Below, piece after piece: positions 13,001-24,491 of a DNA stretch of 64,000 bases (position 1 is its first letter; every line of letters starts with the position of its first letter). The stretch lies in NCBI GenBank assembly GCA_907165135.1, contig OU015569.1, positions 5,270,001 to 5,334,000 on the forward strand, written 5' to 3'. Source of the stretch: Oikopleura dioica. Lineage: Eukaryota; Animalia; Chordata. The notes under the pieces are model-generated. The model was not told the origin of the DNA and did no database searches. It was given only the letters and a program-made list of their open reading frames with translations. Both the position numbers and the translations under genes were made by a program.

Positions 13001-16000
13001 AAAAAATAGCAACTAAACTGTTCTTTCGTAAATTGATCTTTGCGTTAAGCAGATTTAGGGAAACATCAATCAACAGTAGCAGTGCTGGACAGCATCTTTT
13101 TCTGCGGAATCTGCTCGAAGTTTATGAGCGATTCACTGGAGTCGCTCGAGGCACACGTGAACAGCTGGCGTCAGATCGAGGAAGAGGTAGCTCTGGCACA
13201 GCAAGACGACAACTTCGTGTGCACGCTGTGCTCCTACCAAACGCAGGTAAGCAATCAAAAAGCCATTTTTGGAGTTGCTTTCCGGTCGCAGTCCCACATC
13301 AGAAGGCTAATTAGGCGTTAGGGTGCTCTCCATGTTAATTAATTAAAAAATTGCTGGCGAGGATGAAAAGCTCCCACCGCGCTGTGCTTGGCGCCAGCAC
13401 CACCGCCATCTTCAAAGGCCAGCGCCGCGGGAAATCATCTCTAGCCACTTTGGAAACCAAAAGCTAACAATTACAACCAAAATTAATACATTTTAACGTT
13501 ATCCCAATTATCTTCATCGATTTTAGAGGAAAAGGTAGAATTCGATCTTACAATTAATAATTGTTTGATATATTAATAATAAGTTTGGACGTAAAATTGT
13601 GCGTAAAAATGATCGATTGGTTTTTACTGGTTGGGGCTCTGGGCTGGAGCGAATGCGACTTGCGCCGAAGCCGTTTCGGCACCAATTCGGCATCACATTA
13701 AATAATTGAGTGGCTAAGTGCAATTAGTCCCAGCACTAACTCCTTCAGTCGCCCGAGACACTGATTCGAGCAAGAGAACAATAGTACACGCTGGAAGGAA
13801 TGCGCGCACTGCCCTCCGCGTATTTGCACTTTGTTTATTGTATTTATTCGGCGTCCTCGCTGCCAGCGTCGAAGTGCATTTAATCAGCTATTCATTTTAA
13901 TCAAATATTTAATTTGCAATTTGCACGAAAGCTGATTATGCCCAATCAAATGGCCAAGACCATTCCAGGCCCGACACGAAATTACGCTTTTTACACTCAC
14001 TCTAGATTTCTCAAAAGTTAGACAAGAACACGAGAGAAAATAAGAAACACTACACCTTGGGATAAAATAAGACCGAGGCGACTGAATATGCTATGTCTAT
14101 AAAAAGATCTTTTCATAGAATATCTTTTCTAGCCAAAAACTTCTTGAAGCCAATTAATTCGATCAAAATGACCAATTCAGGCTGAGGTGTCTAATTCTCC
14201 TCCCCTGACTGTAGCGACCTGTCTTTCCTTGTACTGATTATAAATAGTTAAGGCCCCTGACGCCAGTTACTGTGGCACAGTAGTGATACAACAGTTACTG
14301 TTCAATTATCGCTGCCAGGATGTGTTTTTACGTCTGCGTGACAATAAGTGCATTGCAAATTTGATTGGGCATTTTATTTCTGATCGAATCGCGAATCCAC
14401 TTTTCAATCTTGTTTTTAAAGAGACCAAAAAAGCGAAAATTAAAATTAACTTTTTCATTTTTTCAGCTGAAGTCGAACTTTACGATTCACTGCAAAACCG
14501 ACAAGCACATCAGTAGACAGCAGCTAGCCGCGCACATTCGAGAAGGAGGTCCTCAGAACGAGTGGAGACTCAGGTTTGCTTTCCTTTCCATTTACCCGTA
14601 ATTACGTAATGTAGGTATCTTCCACAGGGCTTGCAACTGGTCTGCCAGCTCTGTCAGTTCACCGCCGCCAGTTGGGACGGGTTAAAGCTACATGCTGCCA
14701 GTGAGAAGCACATTCATCACGTTCAACTTTACCAGGTAAATCGAGCAGTTGAGATCCATTCAAGAGTTTTTTCATTGATTTTCGTTACTTTCAAAATGTA
14801 GGAAAATATTGACGTGTTCGTTTTTGTGATTGAGAATGGGGCGGTATTTGCTCAGTTTTCCCATAAAGGTGGAGGGACATTTGCAGAGGAAGAGCCGCTG
14901 CGGAACCAAATGTTTTAGTCCATAATTACTAGGTGTAATTGTAGAAAAATGGACCCCATGATCGCACTTGTAAAACTCCAATTATGATGCAGATTTAGAA
15001 TCCCCAGGTCGCGGCGAACATTTTGATACCAAGGTCACCGGAATCAGACTTGATTTTCGACCGATAATGAGCATCTGAAGTCCCCAAATGAGCGCTAGAA
15101 ATTTTCGAGCGGCCGGAAAGGCATGAATACTCCATCCAGTCATTTAACCAATAGTCCCAGTTTGTAGAGCAGGTTCTATTCTACTAGAATCAATTCACAG
15201 AAGTTGTGAACAGGGACTCTTGTAAGGACCAGCGCCGAAAGAGGCCCCCAAAAGGTGCAAAATCGAGGTGAAATCGTGAGTGCGAGTTCTCGGAAACCAA
15301 ATTTGGCATTGATTTCCCCATTTTTCGGCTTCTTCTGGCGCTCATTCTCACTAGAGTCCCTGTTCACAACTTCTGTGAATTGATTCTAGGAGAATTGAAC
15401 CTGCTCTACAAACTGAGACTATTGGTTGAATGACTAGATGGAGTATTCATCCCTTTCCTGGCGCTCGAAGATTTCTAGCGCTCATTTTGGGACTTCAGAT
15501 GCTCATTATCGGTCGAAAATCTAGTCTGATTCCGGTGATCTTGGTATCAAAATGATCGCCGCGACCTGGGGATTCTAAATCTGCATCATAATTGGAGTTT
15601 TACAAGGGCGATCATGGGGTCCATTTTTCTACCATTACACCTAATAATTACTCTCGACGGGCTGTTATCAGGAGATAGGCCGAGATCCTGGCCCGGCGCG
15701 GGCGAAACATTTTAATCGTCGGGTGGCCCCTTATCATCACATCGCACCCCGTCGGGTCGCACTGATTATAACCTGCCGAGCTCCAAATTATACAGAACGC
15801 GGCGAAAGCAAAAATGAACATCAGATTATATAGTTTCTCCCCTATCTCGATTTTATCCGCCATGGAGTTTTTCTCGAATTTCAGTCATTGATTAGAAAAT
15901 GCTAACTGTACTCAACCTCGTTTTGGCATTTAGCGACTTGGGTGAAAATAATCAAAACAAGGCACTCGAAACCATTTGATAAATTTGCTATGTTGGTTGT

Positions 16001-19000
16001 TAGAGGATTAAAATGAGTTGATTGGAAATGCAAAATTAGAAGTGATAGAAAGTAGCAAGCTATATTCGGTGGCGAGGAAGGGAGATCGATCTTCTCCTGA
16101 TGAGGTGCGGAGGAGATGATCCACTGTCGACGAGATGATCCTCAGCTGCCTTTCTACTTTTGTCAAACCAGATTCGCGGATAATTTCGCGCAATTGTTAT
16201 ATATTAATCACTCATTAATTCAAGTCATTAATCAGAGAATCAATACGCCTGCTATTCAACCAGAAAAGAGTAATTGCAGCGTTGCTCACTCATTTGAACT
16301 AACACTTTTCTTTTCAACAGAGAGGACCGAGCAGTGCGCAAATAAAAATGAATACTTTGAATTGAATGAATCTTGAGATATTCGTTTAGAAAGTAAAGGA
16401 GCATCAACTCTCGCCCGAGTGTTCCGCGTGCGGCCAAGTCTTCAAATCGAAGCTGGAACAAGTTCGACACGCTATGGACAGCAACCACCCACTGAAACTG
16501 CCCCAAACTAAAGGTATGAACTGCTTGAACCTGGCTATTTTAAATGGCTACTCGGAAACGAAAGATTCTAGTGGAGATTTCTCCGAGAAGCTCTGCTTTG
16601 TTTTCTCTATTTTCCTGTGGTTCTGTTATAAAACGCATGTATATAAGTGTAAATCCCGTAACTAACAGTAATTAGATGGAGACGCTCCGAACTTTCAAAA
16701 TGGAGCAAGCGACGAGCATCCCTGCCCACTTTGCCTGGTAAGTCGTTCTATCACTTCGCTCGGGTTTGTGTTTACTGTTGGCGCTTGAGCGGAAGAGGCT
16801 CACCCCGGATTTTCCCGCATTTTTGTGAGGAAGACAACAATTAGCCATGTTGGCGGTTGTTGTTATTGTGAATCAATTGAGGCAATTTGGATGTGCGCGG
16901 ATTGCGCTAATTTAGTCGGGCGCGGGCGATTGCGTGGCTTAGTACTTGATCCTGTAGAAAGTGGATCTGGTTAATTTTATTCGCATTTCGTGGGGCAGGT
17001 TTCGAGTATCCCGCCTGTCTGAATTAAAATTTGATCGCTTTGGATAATTTCATTATGTGTGAAATTCGATCGATTAATAATTAATGATGATTAAGTGATG
17101 TACCCAAAAAGTCAGCCGGGGCGGCATTTGTGGCTCCGTCCGACACCCGCAAGTTGATCCATTAAACTCATCCCGTTAATGGACGCCTAATTACAACTGA
17201 CTGACATCACCTCCGCCAAATAGCCAGCGAATTAATGCCTTCTTGTTCAGGAGGCGATCTCGGAGAAGAAACTCGAGCTCCACCTGCGCCACACTCACCA
17301 GGTCTGCCCAGAAGTCGCTCAGCGTCTCGTCTTCCAACAGTCCAATCAGTTCAACCCTTACTGCGCTCCCAAGATGGCGGCGCAACCCTTCAACGGCCTA
17401 CTCAACAAACTTGTGCAGCGAGCCTCAACAACAACTTTCGACAACGAGCTCCAACGCCAACTGCACCAAATGGCCCCAACTCCACCCGCACAGCCACCAT
17501 CGGTTCAACAACTCATCCAGCAGCTCAACGCCAAAGCCACTCCTCCGCCCGTTGCAAATCAACTACAAATGGACTGGGCACAGCGTTTATCGGCGAGCGC
17601 CGGAGCTGCGATGAATCCTATCCTTGCCCAGCTCATTCTAAACCAGTTTCAATCCGCCAGCGACACAAGTCAGAATGAGCAGAAAGTAAAGAAGGAAGAG
17701 GAAAATGAGGCGTCGCGCAAATCCTCTATCGACAACAACCAGGATACGGCGGAGTTTTCGGATGAAGAGAATCAAAATCCGCTTCAGATCGTCGAAATGG
17801 AAAATGAAGAGACAAAGAAGTCGGAGAACAACTCTGAGTCTAGGAGCAATAATTCCGCAGCAAACTCAGAGAACGGAAATTCCACAAAAGAGGAGGGGAA
17901 TCGACGAATGCGCACTTTGATCTCTCCCGAGCAAGCGGAGATCCTCTACCAGGAGTATTTGAAGGTAACTCTAGCGTCTTAAGCCGACAGTAATGAAGCA
18001 TCATCGAATAATTGCCCGGGCTATTAGTCAACGTAGCGTTTGCTATTTCTCTTCTCCCTTCGCGAAAATGACCTAATTGCAGCTTATTTGGTTCCAAAAG
18101 GTTCAGCCTGCAAGGTGCTACCGAAACAGTTCTAATTGCTGAGCCTTTGAAACAAGTGTATAATTTACCGCAAATTAACTCATGGCAGCATCGGTTTACG
18201 GCGTGCCGACCATAATTATCCATTTTCGCACCCGGCAAGGGCAAAAATCACCAATTAATCATCCTCAGCCGTGCCCTTCCGCGAACGCTTGTGATGGGCA
18301 ACCGCCTAAACGTTCCGAGCTAACTTTTCAATTTGTATTCTAGGACAATTGCCCTCCTCGCCATCGTTTGGAAGATATCGCGCAAAGCACCGGTCTTAAA
18401 CGACGAGTGGTTCAGGTCTGGTTCCAAAACACACGTGCTAGAGAACGAAAGGGACAGTATCGCTCAGTCTCACACTTCGCCAGCGCCAAGAAACAGGGCG
18501 TCAATCCCATAAGCAGTAACTCGCTACTCAGCTTGGCTGGAATGAGCGCTAGAAGTCAACAGAACGAAAAAGATCTTGATCGTAAGTGTCCGCTGATGGC
18601 GCTGTTTTATCCCAGCCAATCAGAAATTAGTACTTATCTAAAAATTTATTCAAGTATCTGAATCTGGCTCTAAGAGCTATCCTGCTTCACCTGAAGGATT
18701 TGGCCTTTCCTCGCTCGACGATGACTCTGCACTGCCTACAATGCTGAAGCTCTCGCAAAAGAAAACCTTCGCCAACAACAACTACGTGAAAACACCCAGT
18801 CCGGGCAGCCAAGCGACAGGAAGACTGAGTGCGGATGGATCAGAATCAGGCCAGAAACGTTCTCGAACTCAGCTTTCCCAAGGCCAGGTGATGGCAATGC
18901 AGAGCACCTTCGAAATGTACAGAAGCCCTAGTTTGGCCGAATGCGAAATTCTTGGCAATGGAATTGGCCTTGCTAGACGCGTTGTACAGGTATTTACAGT

Positions 19001-20747
19001 AAAATTTAGCTGAAGAAAAAATCAAAGCGGCTAATCGAATAAGTAACTGCGGGGGTGTTTTTAGTTGCGGATGAACGTAATCAAGTCTTGCTAATTAGTT
19101 TATATGAAATATCGTATTAGGCTTAGCTTGGGAACGGTGGGAGAGTTTTGTGTTGTGCGCTGAGCACTGAAACATTGATGTTTTGCAAGCTAATCTCGTT
19201 AGATGCCTCTACAGACTTAGATTTTGGCAGCGCTTGAATTTAATGAATACCTGTGAGTCGGGCATTGTCGGATCGGAACTTTGTATTTCCCCCGTCCGCT
19301 AGAACTCGCAGCTGCTCTGGCTGAGTGCATAAGTTACCCCTTGCGCACTGTTTAATTAATGCTGGGGCTTTGCCGTGAGTGCGCGCAAACCCTATCATTA
19401 ACTCATTTAAAGGTTTTTACGATTAAATACGCTGCTTCCAAATATTCGTAAAGAGAATTCGTCGCGGTAAAGGAATTGTGGTGATTTGTGCATTAGACTT
19501 AATCTCGCAAGATTACCGCCGCCGGTTAAACGGCGCCCGCTAGCAACTGATGCATCAAGGGTGCACGCTCTAGAATACCTTTTTTCTCGCATATGGTGAC
19601 ACTTTTGTTTTATGGCATGGCATAATTATAATTATAATAAAGCAAGAAATCTATGTTCAGAGATTGTTTCTTTATGCATTTTTGTTCTGAGCAAATAGCT
19701 TAGGAAAGATAATTGAGCTTGTCTAGAGATAGTATCTTGAATTACACGAATGAGTTACTGTAACTAACAGACCTTTCGTATGTGACGTTTAATGTTTCTA
19801 GCAAAGATTTGACATATGAAAATTTGCGCAATGAGAAGAAAATATTCTGGGCCACCCTAGGACCGCGCAACACTCTCCTCTCAATTCAGTGCGACCACAC
19901 GGTGATTAATGGACGCAGCGAGGGATTACCGGGACCAGTTAAACCCCAATCACCGACAAAAATTACTAGTAAAATACGTCTTCGGGAAAAGCTACCGCTA
20001 AACCCTTAATTTTGGCCGCAATGGTGCGTGCGCTAGGAGCTCGATATAAGTCGCCTAGTTAGCCTAATGAGTTGCATGCCCAGCGCCGGCCGGGCAGACT
20101 ATATCGGCAGTAAGACCCCATAATTCCGCCGTTAAATTATAGTCATTTCTGGAATTATAATTATATATTCGATATTCATCAAATGAGCCGCGCGTGGTTG
20201 ATTGAGCCTCCCATCGCAGTACTCACATTAGACTCTTACTCATCACCATGTTTCAGGTTTGGTTCCAGAATCACCGCGCAAAGGAGCGCCGAAACCGTGC
20301 CGCCAGAGGAGAAACTCCGGAACCACCTTCTCCGGAGCCGCCGAAGGTGTGCTCTATTTGCAACGTTCCAATTGAAGGCCATACGGTATGATACAATATA
20401 AAAAAAAAGTATATATACAATTTTTCAAGGAGCTCCGTGAACATCTTTTCTCCGCTGCTCACATCAACCAGCTAAAGATCACGCAGGGAATCACAAACAA
20501 CCCAAGTCCCCCTTCTTCCGTCACCGTGGATGGCGGACTGGAAAGTAATAATTTGTTGGGCAATATACTCGGAGGACAGAACAGCCAGGCAATGGCAAAC
20601 TTCACGATATTCGCCAATATCCAGCGCATCATGGCGTCGCATGGGCTCGCCGCAACTGGCGTTAACCCTGCCCCGCTCGTCAACCCACTAACAAGCGAGC
20701 TCCCCTCTTCTGCCACAGTTTGCGAAGTGAACGAATCGGAGAACTGA
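10078..20747 (+). CDS. ZFHX3/4: ZFHX3/4 (ATBF1/Zfh2) zinc-finger homeobox transcription factor, about 15 exons, reduced form
   Basis: [60 protein letters not shown] and HCKTDKH...HIREGG..NEWRL. Two homeodomains: [11 protein letters not shown]...[16 protein letters not shown] and KRSRTQLS...[14 protein letters not shown]. The first exon (10078) is inferred. Confidence 0.93.
14930..15643. mobile_element. hAT-type palindromic MITE (714 bp) in a ZFHX intron
   Basis: Ends TAGGTGTAA...TTACACCTA with long inverted arms; exact 8-bp TSD ATAATTAC at 14922-14929 and 15644-15651. Confidence 0.92.
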
Positions 20748-21528
20748 TAATAATACGACCCTCTCGCAATTCCCAAGTTCAAAAATCATTGTGACTTTGA
20801 CAGACAGACAATCAGCTATTTATTCATTCATTTTATTTTCAACTCACGAACATGCACTGTACTGTAAATACGCAAGAATTATAAAGTCCTCATTCACCTC
20901 TATTATCTTATTATACATAGGCTTACCGCGGCTAGAAGCTATTTTCCAGGTTCTTTTGAATAATCTCACCAAACTACGAATACATATACTTCAAGACACG
21001 CTTGGAAAAGTTGATCAATTAGATTTTTCAAAATGGATCTTCTTGTTGCTTTTTTTGACAGATTTTTGTGGAGAAAATTGGCACTCATATCAGTTGAAGC
21101 CAATTTTGAGCACCTGCTAGTTTGATTTTGATAATTTTGTGCATACCAAGTGAAAGTTGAGGTCAGCCTGAATCGATAGAGTCAAAAATTTTATGCCAAC
21201 TTAGTTTTTCACACTTTCCCAGGGCTCCAAAGTTGACCAAGACTGTCAGATCTGAAATTTCAGAAATATCAAATTCTGATATAGGGGTGCTATGATGACG
21301 TTCTATAGCTTAAATGAAAGCTTATGATTCACTTGATTCAGTGAGGCGGTATTTTTCAACCAGCCGGTCATTCTCGCGGTTCATCGCGGTTCACTTCGAT
21401 TTTTGCATTTTTTCACGTTGTAACCAAATTTTAACTAATAAAAACTCGGCCAGTTAATGGCCACTTATAGTCACCTTTGGTCTAGTTCGGCCGGAGGACC
21501 CCGGAGGACCTCCCTGCTGGAAGACCAT

Positions 21529-22113
21529 GACGATTTTCAATAAGGATTTCTGAGTGACTTCTGACCCTCCTTTTTATGAGCTAATTGAAAAGAGCGTAAA
21601 AGTTATCCCAGATTTCCCAGGAAAAGGATGAAATTCCGAAGAAATAGCTTCATGACACGTGACTGAAGTCCCAAAAGTACCAAAACTTTCCCGCCCGGGC
21701 ATTTTCGACTCGTCTGAGATACAAGAGCTTGTAATAGCTCAAAATGATCGTCTTGGCGAGCTCTTGGTGGGCATCATATTTTCATCCCTCTTCAACCCTT
21801 TTTCATCCCTTTATCTATTGCTCGAAAAAAGAAATTTAAAAAATGCGTTGAAAAGGGATGAAAACTTAATGCCCACCAAGAGCTCGCAGAGACGATTATT
21901 TTGAGCTATTACAAGCCTTATCAGCTCAGACGAGTCGAAAATGCTCGAGCGGGAAAGTTTGAGTTTTTGGGACTTCAGTCACGTGCCATCGCATCATTCT
22001 TTCGAAAATTTCATCCTTTTCCTGGGAAATCTGGGATAACTTTTACGCTCTTTTCAATGAGCTAATAAAAGGGAGGTCAGGATTTCACTCAGAAATCCTT
22101 ATTGAAAATCGTC
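21529..22113. mobile_element. Palindromic MITE with GACG...CGTC ends and 3-bp TSD (CAT), inserted in the left arm of the giant element
   Basis: Starts GACGATTTTCAATAAGGATTTCTGAGTGA and ends TCACTCAGAAATCCTTATTGAAAATCGTC. CAT flanks both sides, and the mirror arm (about 23710-23735) shows the empty site. Confidence 0.9.
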
Positions 22114-22389
22114 CATCCGCTGGAAGACCAATATTAAAATATTCAATATATGGCCGCGCTCGGCCAGTAAATGGCCACCTATGGCCAACAGTGGTCTAGT
22201 TCGGCCGGAGGAACCCCGGAGGACTTCCCAGGTGGAAGACTATCAGCTAAAAGACCAAAATTATATAATCCTATGGAATGCCTTGCTGGGCTAAGAATTG
22301 AAACTTTAGGCAAACTTTGGTCACTTTTTGCCGGAGGACCCCCGGAGGACCCCTTTTGCCGGATGACAATCTACTAAAAGAGGTCCGTT

Positions 22390-23455
22390 TATTCTTTTAA
22401 ATCAGAGTCAGGGCGAAGCCGACCCGAAGGGGAAGCAACGCCCGTTTATTATTTTAAATCAGAAGCAGGGCGAAGCCGACCCGAAGGTGAGGCCACGCCC
22501 GATTATTCTTTTCAATCAGAGTCAGGGCGAAGCCGACCCGAAGGGGAGGCCACGCCCGTTTATTCTTTTAAATCAGAGTCAGGGCGAAGCCGACCCGAAG
22601 GGGATGCCACGTCCGTTTATTCTTTTAAATCAGAGTCAGGGCGAAGCCGACCCGAAGGGGAAGCAACGCCCGTTTATTATTTAAAATCAGAAGCAGGGCG
22701 AAGCCGACCCGAAGGGGAGGCCACGCCCGTTTATACTTTTCAATCAGAGTCAGGGCGAAGCCGACCCGAAGGGAGGCCACGCCCGTTTATACTTTCAATC
22801 AGAGTCAGGGCGAAGCCGACCTGAAGGAGGCCACGCCCGATTATTCTTTTCAATCAGAGTCGGGGCGAAGCCGACCCGAAGGGAGGCCACGCCCGATTAT
22901 TCTTTCAATCAGAGTAAGGGCGAAGCCGACCCGAAAGGGAGGCAACGCCCATTAATTATTTTAAATCAGAAGCAGGTCGAAGCCGACCCGAAGGGGAGGC
23001 CACGCCCGATTATTCTTTTCAATCAGAGTCAGGACAAAGCCGACCCAAAGGGGAAGCCACGCCCGATTTTTTTTTTCAATCAGAGTCAGGGCGCCTCTGA
23101 TTTAAAAGAATAAACGGACGTGGCATCCCCTTCGGGTCGGCTTCGCCCTGACTCTGATTTAAAAGAATAAACGGGCGTGGCCTCCTTCGGGTCGGCTTCG
23201 CCCTGACTCTGATTGAAAAGAATAATCGGGCGTGGCCTCCCTTCGGGTCGGCTTCGCCCTGACTCTGATTGAAAGAATAATCGGGCGTGGCCTCCTTCGG
23301 GTCGGCTTCGCCCTGACTCTGATTGAAAAGAATAATCGGGCGTGGCCTCACCTTCGGGTCGGCTTCGCCCTGCTTCTGATTTAAAATAATAAACGGGCGT
23401 TGCTTCCCTTCGGGTCGGCTTCGCCCTGACTCTGATTTAAAAGAATAAACGGACC
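22390..23455. repeat. About 57-bp tandem array: about 12-13 forward units, then about 6-7 inverted units meeting near 23092
   Basis: Unit AATCAGAGTCAGGGCGAAGCCGACCCGAAGGGGAGGCCACGCCCGTTTATTCTTTTA; it shows 19-aa periodicity in spurious ORFs. Confidence 0.93.
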
Positions 23456-24491
23456 TCTTTTAGTAGATTGTCATCCGGCAAAAGGGGTCCTCCGGGGGTC
23501 CTCCGGCAAAAAGTGACCAAAGTTTGCCTAAAGTTTCAATTCTTAGCCCAGCAAGGCATTCCATAGGATTATATAATTTTGGTCTTTTAGCTGATAGTCT
23601 TCCACCTGGGAGGTCCTCCGGGGTTCCTCCGGCCGAACTAGACCACTGTTGGCCATAGGTGGCCATTTACTGGCCGAGCGCGGCCATATATTGAATATTT
23701 TAATATTGGTCTTCCAGCGGATGGTCTTCCAGCAGGGAGGTCCTCCGGGGTCCTCCGGGCGAACTAGACCAAAGGTGACTATAAGTGGCCATTAACTGGC
23801 CGAGTTTTTATTAGTTAAAATTTGGTTACAACGTGAAAAAATGCAAAAATCGAAGTGAACCACGATGAACCGCGAGAATGACCGGCTGGTTGAAAAAATA
23901 CCGCCTCACTGAATCAAGTGAATCATAAGCTTTCATTTAAGCTATAGAACGTCATCATAGCACCCCTATATCAGAAGTTGATATTTCTGAAATTTCAGAT
24001 CTGACAGTCTTGGTCAACTTTGGAGCCCTGGGAAAGTGTGAAAAACGAAGTTGGCATAAAATTTTTTTGGCTCTATCGATTCAGGCTGACCTCAACTTTC
24101 ACTTGGTATGCACAAAATTATCAAAATCAAACTAGCAGGTGCTCAAAATTGGCTTCAACTGATATGAGTGCCAATTTTCTCCACAAAAATCTGTCAAAAA
24201 AAGCAACAAGAAGATCCATTTTGAAAAATCTAATTGATCAACTTTTCCAAGCGTGTCTTGAAGTATATGTATTCGTAGTTTGGTGAGATTTTTCAAGAGA
24301 ACTTGGAAAATAGAAAATGCCGCGGTAAGCCTAATTATACAACATTGTGATCCCACTTCATCCATTTCACTCATTGTTATTATTAGTAAAATCGATCTCT
24401 GCCATTGTAACTTTCACAATTTTCAATTTTCCGAAGAAAACAATCAATGCACCAATTACGATAATACATATCACAAATCACTAAGATGTCT

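Larger units (their letters stand above)
20918..24333. mobile_element. Giant foldback-like element (3.4-kb palindrome) with 8-bp TSD
   Basis: Ends TAGGCTTACCGCGG...CCGCGGTAAGCCTA; TSD ATTATACA at 20910-20917 and 24334-24341. The two arms of about 0.87 kb are near-identical reverse complements, and duplicated ORF translations appear on opposite strands in the ORF track. Confidence 0.93.

Noticed and set aside
9050-13980. Shared short motif TTCC(C)AGGCCCGACA at about 9052 and about 13963
   Set aside because: Only about 14 bp and two copies; cannot be distinguished from chance or a decayed repeat.
22390-23455. Regular repeat array as CRISPR, or as a 19-aa repeat protein (RPRPFILLNQSQGEADPKG)
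   Set aside because: No unique spacers, eukaryotic context, frames broken between units, and the array lies inside a TSD-bounded element.
20791-24374. Duplicated ORFs on opposite strands (MATYGQQW..., ...LRIHILQDTLGK...)
   Set aside because: They are mirror translations of the palindromic arms, with no splice or homology support.
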